From a virus (taxonomy: Duplodnaviria > Caudoviricetes), in the IMG/VR virus record IMGVR_UViG_3300037507_003370, positions 142,292 to 206,291 of that record: 64,000 nucleotides of DNA, one strand, 5' to 3'. Made by a program: the position numbers and the translations under genes. Within the stretch, counting starts at the first letter, position 1; every line of letters starts with the position of its first letter. This document shows, in pieces, positions 8,475 to 17,410 of the stretch. The notes under the pieces were generated by a model. It searched no databases and was not told the DNA's origin. It saw only the letters and a list, made by a program, of their open reading frames with translations.

Positions 8475-9589
8475 TTTTCATATATCCTATTGTGGGTGTT
8501 GTTTACTTGTATAAATGTCGTTTTTTTGCCGAAATCTTTTATTTTATTTGCTCCTATATATGTGCAGGCGCTTCGTATTCCTCCACAAATATCTTGTACG
8601 ATATCTTCAGCCGTTCCCTTATATGGAACTATGACGCATTTGCCTTCTGCTGTTCTGTATTTTGCTATTCCATTATGGTGTTTATCCATAGCATTTTTGC
8701 TACTCATCCCATAATATTGTAAAGATACTTTTCTTTTTTCAGTATTTGGGTCACCAGGATCGTATGGCTGATATCCTCCACTCCTCATTTTATATTCATA
8801 TTTCCATTCTCCTTCACATTCATTTGCTCCAGCGAACATACTACCAAGCATAACAAAATCACTATTTGCTCCAAATGCTTTACAAATATCTCCTACTACT
8901 TTGCATCCACCATCTGAACAGATATGTCCTCCAAGACCATGAGCAGCATCTGTACATTCCATTACAGCACTCAATTGAGGGTATCCAACGCCAGTTTTTA
9001 AACGAGTGGTACATACACTACCTGAACCTATACCAACCTTGACTATATCAACCTGACCATGAATTATTAATTCTTCTGTCATTTCTGGAGTAACAACATT
9101 TCCGGCCATTATAACTGATTCTGGAAATAGTTTTCTTATATGAGCTGCTGTTTTTACAAATTGTTCAGTATATCCATTCGCAATATCTAAACATATATTT
9201 GGGCCTGGACGATGTTTGCCTTCTGTCAGATGGTTATGAACGTAAGATAATTTTTCTAGATCTTTCTGTCCAGTTCCTATGGAATAGAAAACTAGGTCTT
9301 TATTAGGAATATTGGGATCGCTATAAAAATCAATATATTTATCTGGTGAATAATGCTTATGTAAACAAGTTATGGCACTATGCTTGACTAGTGATTTAGC
9401 CATAGCAAAAGTTCCGACAGTATCCATATTAGCTACCATAATTGGTACTGCCAATAATTTTCTTGGAGAATATTTAAATTTAAATTCTCTATGAATACAT
9501 ACATCAGATCTGCTATTGAGTGTGGATCTTTTAGGACGAATAAGAACATCGTCAAAATCTAGTTTAATTTCATTAATTATTTTTTGCAT
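8471..9589 (-). CDS. guaC: GMP reductase
   Basis: KLDFDDVLIRPKRSTL, ANMDTVG, DIANGY, KVGIGSGSVCTTR, SDGGC, YGMSS, YRTAEGK. Confidence 0.93.
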   Translation of the reverse strand: MQKIINEIKLDFDDVLIRPKRSTLNSRSDVCIHREFKFKYSPRKLLAVPIMVANMDTVGTFAMAKSLVKHSAITCLHKHYSPDKYIDFYSDPNIPNKDLVFYSIGTGQKDLEKLSYVHNHLTEGKHRPGPNICLDIANGYTEQFVKTAAHIRKLFPESVIMAGNVVTPEMTEELIIHGQVDIVKVGIGSGSVCTTRLKTGVGYPQLSAVMECTDAAHGLGGHICSDGGCKVVGDICKAFGANSDFVMLGSMFAGANECEGEWKYEYKMRSGGYQPYDPGDPNTEKRKVSLQYYGMSSKNAMDKHHNGIAKYRTAEGKCVIVPYKGTAEDIVQDICGGIRSACTYIGANKIKDFGKKTTFIQVNNTHNRIYEK

Positions 9590-10307
9590 AGTTTTCCCAA
9601 TTAATATTATTATTTATGTCGTTAGAAGTATAAGTGGTTCTTTGATGATAAAAATGCCAGATAGGATCGGATACATATGTTCCGTTAGTATCTCCTATGT
9701 TCTGTACGCGAGAAATTAATGGCTTTATTTGTAGTAGTCTTTTGCCTCCACTAAACAAAGAATTATTCAAATGAGTGTCCCAAGAAATTCCTCCATTTCT
9801 TGGAGATAATTGCTTCGTCCAATTGTCTTGAATAATTTTCCATTTATTTGACCAAAAGGCACAACCCCAAGCACAAAAGAATCTTTGAGAAATAACTTTA
9901 TACGTGTCTGTTTCATTTATTTGTTCTGTTTTATTATATCCTGTGATAGAATAAACGTTTTCATCATTTTCATATTTCTCAAATACATACTTATAGTATT
10001 GTAATGAATCCTTTGTAATAGGAGTATCATCTTCTATATGTAGAATATATGGAGAGTATTTAGAGTCAACAGCTCTTTGTATAGCCGATAAAGTATTACG
10101 ATTACATCCTATTGGAGTGTAATTGATTTGCATATCTTTTTCTAATGTAAAATCATCAAATACGGATATTATTTCGTCAGAATAAAAATCAGCGCTTACG
10201 AAAAGTTTTATATTTAGATTTGTAATATCACAAGATAGAATGCTGGATAGTACTTGTCGCAGCATTTCTTTTCTTCTAAAACAAGTGATAGATAATGCTA
10301 TATTCAT
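9573..10307 (-). CDS. GT-A glycosyltransferase (GT2/GnT-I-like)
   Basis: ITCFRR, IEDD, WGCAFW, SWD, SRVQNIG motifs. Confidence 0.75.
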   Translation of the reverse strand: MNIALSITCFRRKEMLRQVLSSILSCDITNLNIKLFVSADFYSDEIISVFDDFTLEKDMQINYTPIGCNRNTLSAIQRAVDSKYSPYILHIEDDTPITKDSLQYYKYVFEKYENDENVYSITGYNKTEQINETDTYKVISQRFFCAWGCAFWSNKWKIIQDNWTKQLSPRNGGISWDTHLNNSLFSGGKRLLQIKPLISRVQNIGDTNGTYVSDPIWHFYHQRTTYTSNDINNNINWENYAKNN

Positions 10308-10843
10308 ATATTAAAGAAATACCATCTATTATGAGAATCTATATTTGCAGCAGTATCTATAGAATTCAGATAAGACTTAATCTCATCCCAAGAAGAAAAG
10401 ATCATCATGTGCGGTATTGTTCCAAATAGCCAATCTGGAGTATTCTTTTTTCCTTGAACCATGTGTATTATGATTGGTTTTTTTTGACGATTTGCCCAAA
10501 AAATTTCTTCATATGTTCCACAGGGATGAACATCTAGATCAAGATTGACTATCAAGAAATCACTAATATCAACGAGTCTTAAATCAACTGATCGTATAGT
10601 TTTCATTAACGAAGATAATTCATTATAGCTTTCTTGTAATTTTAATTGAGTTTTGAGTTTATGTGTCTCATTATCCTCTTGACCAAGAATGGTTGGTTTT
10701 TTTATCGGATTAAAAACAACAACTCCGATTTCTTCTAAAAATGGAGTTATATTATCTCTCCATCCATTTCCTCTGTCTGGAACTCTATCCATAGCACCAG
10801 CAAGATAAACTCTTTGATTTTTTAGTCTATTATTCATTTTCAA
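10304..10843 (-). CDS. Nucleoside 2-deoxyribosyltransferase/nucleotide N-hydrolase-like protein
   Basis: VYLAG, DLRLVDISDFLIV, GTYEE motifs. Confidence 0.75.
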   Translation of the reverse strand: MKMNNRLKNQRVYLAGAMDRVPDRGNGWRDNITPFLEEIGVVVFNPIKKPTILGQEDNETHKLKTQLKLQESYNELSSLMKTIRSVDLRLVDISDFLIVNLDLDVHPCGTYEEIFWANRQKKPIIIHMVQGKKNTPDWLFGTIPHMMIFSSWDEIKSYLNSIDTAANIDSHNRWYFFNI

Positions 10844-10983
10844 TAATCAATAAACATATAGGATACAAAATTTTTTGATCTTTTGATGCCATTGTCAAAA
10901 GTTCCATTATTGATCTTTTTAAGATCAGTAAGTCCTTTGGTAATCCCAGCAAATATAGCCAAAACCAATAATATATATGTCAT
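10840..10983 (-). CDS. Small membrane protein
   Basis: Likely start MTYILLVLAIFAG; ATGA overlap with the downstream gene. Confidence 0.4.
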   Translation of the reverse strand: MTYILLVLAIFAGITKGLTDLKKINNGTFDNGIKRSKNFVSYMFIDY

Positions 10984-10990
10984 ATCAATT

Positions 10991-11566
10991 CTATTTTTTA
11001 ATAAAAGTAGTGTTAGGTTGGTAAACAAAAGTTGTGTAATCTCCCCATATATCATCTATCAAGTCACTTATGAAGGACCAGTTACCTCCAGAAAATCCGC
11101 ATCCAAATTTTGGGGCATGTATTTGGAATAAGGGTCTATTAGATACATTTTTATCAATATTGTTTTTTATAAAAATACTAATATGAGACATGCATTTGGC
11201 TAAAGATCCATAGTTTATTAGTCTCTTATTAGATAATTTTGAAGGTTGATTGTGGCAAATCATATTTGCAAAAATTAATTTGTGTCTATATTCTGATTTT
11301 ATTGGAATATCTATAAATTGCACATGTCCAGGATTTGTTTTAATAAAATTTTGACCTAGTAACAAAAAATTTGTTTCTACTTCTGGATAAAGATCCGCAA
11401 TGTTCTTGGCAAAACCATTTTTAAAGGTATTTGTATTTCCGCATATATGAGGAATTAAGATAGAAGATCCATTAACACCTGATTTTAGAATACTGTTGAC
11501 AGTATCAAATATATTATTCTGACTCATTCTAAAAGAATGAGAATTGATTAGAGCGTTTCTTGGCAT
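10991..11566 (-). CDS. Macrodomain (ADP-ribose-binding/hydrolase) protein
   Basis: IPHICGN..GFAK, IFANMI, HAPKFGCGFSGGNW motifs. Confidence 0.75.
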   Translation of the reverse strand: MPRNALINSHSFRMSQNNIFDTVNSILKSGVNGSSILIPHICGNTNTFKNGFAKNIADLYPEVETNFLLLGQNFIKTNPGHVQFIDIPIKSEYRHKLIFANMICHNQPSKLSNKRLINYGSLAKCMSHISIFIKNNIDKNVSNRPLFQIHAPKFGCGFSGGNWSFISDLIDDIWGDYTTFVYQPNTTFIKK

Positions 11567-11585
11567 GGTTCTTCTCCTTTAACGT

Positions 11586-11613
11586 ATGATAGCACAAAAG
11601 GAGCCGAAGTCAA
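11586..11613 (-). promoter_or_regulatory. sigma70-like promoter TTGACT-N16-TATCAT
   Basis: Read on the minus strand, immediately upstream of the macrodomain gene. Confidence 0.55.
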
Positions 11614-11622
11614 ATCATGTAT

Positions 11623-12927
11623 TCATGGCGTTTCGTCACAATAGTGTCTGGACTCTAGGATACCATACCTGAGATAGTGAACTTTTGCTTTTATCTCGTT
11701 TGTTATTTCGCCTTTTTTAAGATCTGAATTTAATGATAGATATTTTTTCCAATCAAAATTTGAAGGAAGTTTATTTAAATTATATATACGTCCTTCTTTT
11801 GATCCATTATTAATAAAATGACTTAAAGCATAAGCTTCTATAGCGTTTTCTGATAGTGCATGAATTGGTATTTCTTTTATTATATCTTCATTACATATGA
11901 GATATATATTATATTCAAATTGATCAGGAATGCCCAATGATTTATATATTTTGTTTCTATTTTCATCATTAATTTTTAAAAATTTACCATAAGTATCTGG
12001 ATATGTATCTATAAAAGGAAACAAAAAATAAGAAGAGTCATACTTATCTATTTTTTTTGAAATGTTTCCATATTTTTCAATCATCTTATTATTAAGAATT
12101 AGATTAGACTCAGTAAATATAGAGAATATATACTTATTTTGAGTTTTGTATACCTCTCTTGAGGTATCTTCTTTGCCATCATTTTTCCATGACCCATTCC
12201 TTACTCTATTAAATTTTCTAGTTAAGTAATAGTTAAGTGATTGTGTAATATAATGGGCTAAAAAAATATCAGCTTTTGTCGGATCTAGATTATCAGGCAA
12301 GATAATACTTTTAGAATTTGGGTGGTGTGCTCTGTGTTCAAAGTGAATATAATCATGATATATAGAATCAGCAGATATATAATTTTGAATTTTATTATCC
12401 CAAATAATATGATCTATTAATATTTTTGATTTTATCAAACACTTCATAGTTGGAGATGGTGGCTCTTGGCTACTGTAGGATACAACAGAATTGGAGTACT
12501 GAAAAGTATCAATAATTGAATCATAAATTGATTGATTCTCTATAAATCCGTGACCAAATAATATCCATCTAAAACCTATGGTATCATATTCATTATAACC
12601 ATCAGATAAAAATTCTTGGATAGTATCATAATTTTTTAGATATAGAAATTCATCAGCATCAATAAAGAAACAATATTCATAATTATTTTTAGATAAAATA
12701 TTATCAATAAAATATTTAGCATCAGATCCTTGTGATCCGGTTTCATATTTTAATATAGTTATTAGTGATAAATATTTTTTATCTATAAAATACTGTATAT
12801 TAAATTTAGAATTTAAATCTTCTCTGATAAATATATGATTGAAACCTAAATTTATGTAATGAGATATAAACTGATTAATATTTAATTCATCTAAACATGT
12901 ACAATATATACAACATGTATCATTCAT
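11623..12927 (-). CDS. Glycosyltransferase (GT2/GT92-like) with two C-terminal repeats
   Basis: FFIDADEFL, LAHYITQS; repeated F.W/Y..YL..N.D....HF/Y...G.KE/ES.R units. Confidence 0.7.
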   Translation of the reverse strand: MNDTCCIYCTCLDELNINQFISHYINLGFNHIFIREDLNSKFNIQYFIDKKYLSLITILKYETGSQGSDAKYFIDNILSKNNYEYCFFIDADEFLYLKNYDTIQEFLSDGYNEYDTIGFRWILFGHGFIENQSIYDSIIDTFQYSNSVVSYSSQEPPSPTMKCLIKSKILIDHIIWDNKIQNYISADSIYHDYIHFEHRAHHPNSKSIILPDNLDPTKADIFLAHYITQSLNYYLTRKFNRVRNGSWKNDGKEDTSREVYKTQNKYIFSIFTESNLILNNKMIEKYGNISKKIDKYDSSYFLFPFIDTYPDTYGKFLKINDENRNKIYKSLGIPDQFEYNIYLICNEDIIKEIPIHALSENAIEAYALSHFINNGSKEGRIYNLNKLPSNFDWKKYLSLNSDLKKGEITNEIKAKVHYLRYGILESRHYCDETP

Positions 12928-12935
12928 ATAATTTT

Positions 12936-13625
12936 TTAATAGGTTGAGGTATTATATCCAGTATTGTAACAGCATCCATTAACCAGATGAGCAGCCCTGT
13001 AATTATTTTTCATTGCAATAAGATTACATTTATATTCTGTTATAACTCCAGGCTCATTTTCATTATCCATGTGTTCTGCATAGCCATTTGGAAAAAATTT
13101 ATTATAATCCGATTTTCTTCTTAATCCAGGATTGAAACTAAATCCACACCAATTTCCTGTATTTGGAACAGATACCATTCTGTATTTTATATTATTTCCA
13201 ATAGATAAGATATTATTTTCAAAAAGAGTTTTATAACTTCCTTCATTTTCAGCCATATGATCATGGGAGTGTCTACACCATATCTGATGTATATCTGGTC
13301 TACGAGAAAGTATTTCTATAGAATCAAGAATAAAATTTTTATTACCACCAAAAATATAATCATCTTCTATATGAAATATATATTCCGTATCAATCATATT
13401 ATATATTTTGTCTATGGATTTAATTTGACCAATTCTAGATTCGTTTTTCAAGAAATCAACATCTGGATATTTATCTTTTAATAAAACAAGATCTACTGCT
13501 GGATTATCTTCTAAAACAATAAATCTTTCAATAGGATAAGTATTAAGGTTTAAAAATGTTAATATACATTGATCTAATGATTGTATTCTACCATAAGATG
13601 TTACACAGACGCTTACTTTGGTCAT
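12936..13625 (-). CDS. GT2-like glycosyltransferase
   Basis: VTSYGR, FHIEDD, FSFNPGLRR motifs. Confidence 0.75.
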   Translation of the reverse strand: MTKVSVCVTSYGRIQSLDQCILTFLNLNTYPIERFIVLEDNPAVDLVLLKDKYPDVDFLKNESRIGQIKSIDKIYNMIDTEYIFHIEDDYIFGGNKNFILDSIEILSRRPDIHQIWCRHSHDHMAENEGSYKTLFENNILSIGNNIKYRMVSVPNTGNWCGFSFNPGLRRKSDYNKFFPNGYAEHMDNENEPGVITEYKCNLIAMKNNYRAAHLVNGCCYNTGYNTSTY

Positions 13626-13868
13626 TTACCATCTTCCTTCTGGGCATTTTTGATCAGCCCATGCTAATTTATTTAGAAATATTTTTTTATTAGATAGATT
13701 GCATCCGCATATCTTACATTCTGATTTAACAGAATCGTATTTCTCGCAAGCAACACATATGTTAAATCTTCTATTTATTTCTTCTTGAGAACTTTTAGGC
13801 AAGCCTGCGTTAATATGAAACCATAAAGATCTTAAAAAGGTTTTGATTTTAATAATTGTTAATGTCAT
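13626..13868 (-). CDS. Small Cys-rich protein (DUF6171-like)
   Basis: RFNICVAC..CKICGC..K....KCPEGRW. Confidence 0.65.
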   Translation of the reverse strand: MTLTIIKIKTFLRSLWFHINAGLPKSSQEEINRRFNICVACEKYDSVKSECKICGCNLSNKKIFLNKLAWADQKCPEGRW

Positions 13869-14097
13869 CTTTTTTCGTTTCTATGAAAGGAACTATATTA
13901 TTATCTTTATCAGTATAGAATAATTGTATAATTTCTATCATTGTATTAGGCTCTAGCCATCTAGAAGAACCATCAGTTATAGAAATGCAAAGTCTTTGTC
14001 CGTTCTTTTTAAAATCGGATGTTACTATATAATAGCAATTATTATGGTTGATACAATTTCCACTATTGACTAATTCAATGTATTTCATTTTTTCCAT
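13849..14097 (-). CDS. Hypothetical protein
   Basis: 82-aa ORF in operon. Confidence 0.55.
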   Translation of the reverse strand: MEKMKYIELVNSGNCINHNNCYYIVTSDFKKNGQRLCISITDGSSRWLEPNTMIEIIQLFYTDKDNNIVPFIETKKDDINNY

Positions 14098-14830
14098 ATG
14101 TATAAGAGGTTGTTATGCACGGCATGTTACTTGGGTATTTATTTTCTATATATTTTGCACATTCAGATAATTCAAAGTCTACATTAGGACCTCTTTCACT
14201 TTGATCCTTACAATTATGATGTACTAGTGCTGGTAATACATAATTTTTCATACCTTTGTTTTGTGACTGTAAACATATGTCAAGACCATAAGAATGATTA
14301 TACGGTATATTAGTGTCAAAAGATAGATTTTGATTATTTTTTACCACTAAAAAACATTCGTCCAAATATGATATTTCAGATGGAGTACTATATTCGGGGC
14401 TTAATAATATTGTTCCCCATTTTTTATTGTTTTTTTCTTTCAAACATCCTATATTTATATATCCTGGTCCTTTTGCGGCAATTATTTTACCATCGCTAAC
14501 AGGATATTGAATTGATCTATTATTTCTTATGTTAAGAACCCCTGCGGTTCCGCAAACACCCCAATTGCAATCTATATCATTTAGCTTAAATATTGAAGAA
14601 ATAAGTTCATCTTGGAATTTTTCATGAAAAAATACATCATTATGAGCATAAGCTATGTATGTAGAATTAGTTATTGTAATAGAAGAATATGAGTCAACAC
14701 ATTTTTTAAACCCATTGATCCTTATAAATGGAAAAACTTTATCTATATATATTTTTGACTTTGCAATATTTTTCTCAAATACACCAGAATTATCATCTGA
14801 TACTACAAAGGTAAAAAGATTTTTAGCCAT
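14075..14830 (-). CDS. Glycosyltransferase-like protein (GT-A)
   Basis: YAHNDV, GVCGTAG, LDECFL, YGLDICL motifs. Confidence 0.7.
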   Translation of the reverse strand: MAKNLFTFVVSDDNSGVFEKNIAKSKIYIDKVFPFIRINGFKKCVDSYSSITITNSTYIAYAHNDVFFHEKFQDELISSIFKLNDIDCNWGVCGTAGVLNIRNNRSIQYPVSDGKIIAAKGPGYINIGCLKEKNNKKWGTILLSPEYSTPSEISYLDECFLVVKNNQNLSFDTNIPYNHSYGLDICLQSQNKGMKNYVLPALVHHNCKDQSERGPNVDFELSECAKYIENKYPSNMPCITTSYTYGKNEIH

Positions 14831-14836
14831 GATGAA

Positions 14837-15061
14837 TTATGTGTAATCGTTCCATTCTTCCCATATCTCGTCAGCTCTAATAGAATTTTTTTTATTTTTG
14901 AATTCTTTTTTTGCCTTATTTAAGTGTTTATATTCATCACTAATAGACTCTGTTTCTTTTTGTCTATTTTTAGAAATTTTATTTCTTCTTTGTGTCTTTT
15001 CTGACTCAGTTAAGTTATTATCTTTATTGTTGTCTTTATTGTTGTCTTTATTATTGATCAT
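14837..15061 (-). CDS. Small charged protein with NNKD repeats
   Basis: 74-aa ORF, ATGA overlap with the upstream gene. Confidence 0.55.
   Translation of the reverse strand: MINNKDNNKDNNKDNNLTESEKTQRRNKISKNRQKETESISDEYKHLNKAKKEFKNKKNSIRADEIWEEWNDYT
15021..15056. repeat. 12-bp tandem repeat x3 (TCTTTATTGTTG), encodes NNKD x3
   Basis: Read directly; the third copy has one mismatch. Confidence 0.85.
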
Positions 15062-15666
15062 GGTATATATTTAAAAAGTTCTGGATGATGTATTCCGTGA
15101 AAACCAAATGGTATATTATTTTTATCGTAATCGCCAACTTCTATCGAAAATCTATACCCTAATTCCGTTGGAGCAAATTTACATCCACAATCTTCAAAGT
15201 ATTTTCTGTAATAAAATGCCAATATGAAATCTTCTGGTAGATCTTTCCTTACTCCAGCCATTAGGATTTCGTTATAATCAATATTAGGAATCAGATTTTT
15301 CTGTGCAGCAAGAAATTTCTTACTTCTCAAACTAAATCCACCATTTCCGCAAATATGATTAAATGGAGGCCAAGGAGCGCCTATGTAGTCATATTCTAGA
15401 AATTCTGGCGTCCAAGCATTAGGGTTTATTATGAAACCGTCCCACTGAATGACTAAAACATATGATGTAGATATAATATATGGTAATTTATTTATAATAA
15501 ATTGACTATAGTCTACAGTATTTTTTAGCGTTTGGTTCTTAATAAGAACAGTATCAGCGAACTCAGCATAATGTTCACATGTTTTTATCGCTTTTTCTGT
15601 CTCTTCTATTTTTATAGACGTTGTAGAGAACAGTGTAACATGCTTCATATTTAATTTTTTAGCCAT
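15058..15666 (-). CDS. DUF5672-like glycosyltransferase-associated protein
   Basis: IQWDGF, YDYIGAPW, GNGGFSLRS, PED, FGFH motifs. Confidence 0.8.
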   Translation of the reverse strand: MAKKLNMKHVTLFSTTSIKIEETEKAIKTCEHYAEFADTVLIKNQTLKNTVDYSQFIINKLPYIISTSYVLVIQWDGFIINPNAWTPEFLEYDYIGAPWPPFNHICGNGGFSLRSKKFLAAQKNLIPNIDYNEILMAGVRKDLPEDFILAFYYRKYFEDCGCKFAPTELGYRFSIEVGDYDKNNIPFGFHGIHHPELFKYIP

Positions 15667-15688
15667 ACAAATATAATAATTAGTAGGC

Positions 15689-15716
15689 TTGACCTGTCAA
15701 ACAAAAACTATATATA
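15689..15716 (+). promoter_or_regulatory. Possible promoter for the plus-strand GT cassette (TTGACC-N16-TATATA)
   Basis: Lies in the divergent gap ~55 nt before the likely ATG at 15770. Confidence 0.35.
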
Positions 15717-15769
15717 TTATGCAGGGCGCTGGATTATTATATCAATACATAAACTCAAAACTAACCCAT

Positions 15770-17410
15770 ATGAATAACATAACGCTGGTTACTGGCATAT
15801 GGGATCTAAATAGGTCAAATGCCCCAGAGGGTTGGAATAGAGACTTTTCTCATTATAAGAGTAAGTTCATAGAACTGCTAACTGCTACACAACATATTAA
15901 TCTTTGTGTTTTTATAGATAAAGAAAATGAACAATTAGTCTGGGATTACAGAAAAAAAGAAAATACAAAAGTATATTACCATTCAAAAGAAGATTTTTCT
16001 GGTAATTTTTTCCCATTTTTTGATAGAGTTCAAGAAATAAGAAATAGTCCAGAATGGAAGGATCAAGTTGGATGGTTAAAGGATAGTACTCAGTCAACTA
16101 TGGAATTTTACAATCCCATGGTGATGAGTAAGATGTTCATGCTGCATAATGCAAAAATATTTAATCCATTTAATGATGATTATTATTATTGGATAGATGG
16201 AGGAATAACGAACACGATACATTATGGATATTTTAGTCACGATAAAGTTATAGAAAATGTTCCTAATATATGCGATAAATTCTTATTTGTTTGTTTTCCG
16301 TATGAAACAACCACAGAAATCCATGGTTTTGACATAAAAGGAATGAAGAAATATTGCAAGTCAGAAAATGTTGATAGAGTTGCCAGGGGAGGATTTTTTG
16401 GAGGCCATAAAGACTATATAGCAAAAACTAATGAAATATACTACGGTCTGCTTAATGATTCATTAAATGATGGATACATGGGTACAGAAGAAAGTATATT
16501 TACTATAATGACTTATTTGTATCCTGAAACTTTTAAATTTGAACTAATAGAAAATAATGGATTATTAGGAACGTTTTTTGAAAACTTAAAAAATAATTTC
16601 ATAAATTTATCAAAACCTAAATCTATAGAGGACAATAAACTTGTTCTTTATATTAATACTTTTAATTGTCCTAAACAATTAGAGCTATTAATAAATTCTT
16701 TTCATCAACATGATGTAAGATTTCTTCAAGATACAAAAATTATTTTAATAAATAACTCTACTGACGATATACTTCAATGTGATTATGATTTGTTAGTTAA
16801 TAAATATAATATGACCGAGATAAAAATGGGCAATCTTGGTGTTTGCGGAGGAAGACAATACGCTGCCGAACATTTTGATGCCTTAAATAATAAATATATG
16901 ATATTCTTTGAAGATGATATGTTATTAGATTTATCTGATACTAAATGTTCTTTTGGCTTCTCAAAAAATGTAAATAACTTGTTTACAAATATGCAAAGAA
17001 TAATGGATATAGAAAAATATGATTTCTTAAAACTAACATTTTCTGAATTTTATGGAGACAATCATTTACAATGGTCCTGGCATAACGTGCCAAGTCCAAG
17101 AAAAGAAGAATACTTTGGTAATATTAATGAAAAACCATTAACAAAATTTTCTCATATAAAATCTTATGATAAAGTCCCGTATATAGAGGGAGAGGTTTAC
17201 TATTCTAATTGGCCTCATATTATAGGTAAATCTGGAAATAAAAAGATGTTTCTGGATACCAAATGGACCTATCCATACGAACAAACATGGATGAGTCATT
17301 TTTATACATTAACTTTAGAAAAAACAATTAAACCAGCAATTTTATTATCTAGTCCAATAACACATAATAGGGTATATTTCTATGAAGGGTCACAAAGAAA
17401 AGAAAACTAA
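15770..17410 (+). CDS. Two-domain glycosyltransferase: HtrL/YibB-like N-terminus plus GT-A-like C-terminus
   Basis: TLVTGIWD, YNPMVMSK, YYYWIDGG, GGFFGG, TEESI; second domain FFEDD; start moved to MNNITL. Confidence 0.72.
   Translation: MNNITLVTGIWDLNRSNAPEGWNRDFSHYKSKFIELLTATQHINLCVFIDKENEQLVWDYRKKENTKVYYHSKEDFSGNFFPFFDRVQEIRNSPEWKDQVGWLKDSTQSTMEFYNPMVMSKMFMLHNAKIFNPFNDDYYYWIDGGITNTIHYGYFSHDKVIENVPNICDKFLFVCFPYETTTEIHGFDIKGMKKYCKSENVDRVARGGFFGGHKDYIAKTNEIYYGLLNDSLNDGYMGTEESIFTIMTYLYPETFKFELIENNGLLGTFFENLKNNFINLSKPKSIEDNKLVLYINTFNCPKQLELLINSFHQHDVRFLQDTKIILINNSTDDILQCDYDLLVNKYNMTEIKMGNLGVCGGRQYAAEHFDALNNKYMIFFEDDMLLDLSDTKCSFGFSKNVNNLFTNMQRIMDIEKYDFLKLTFSEFYGDNHLQWSWHNVPSPRKEEYFGNINEKPLTKFSHIKSYDKVPYIEGEVYYSNWPHIIGKSGNKKMFLDTKWTYPYEQTWMSHFYTLTLEKTIKPAILLSSPITHNRVYFYEGSQRKEN

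Noticed and set aside
15021-15056. NNKD tandem repeat as a phase-variation or contingency locus
   Set aside because: The 12-bp unit is in frame, so copy changes would not switch expression; it is probably a simple slippage expansion.
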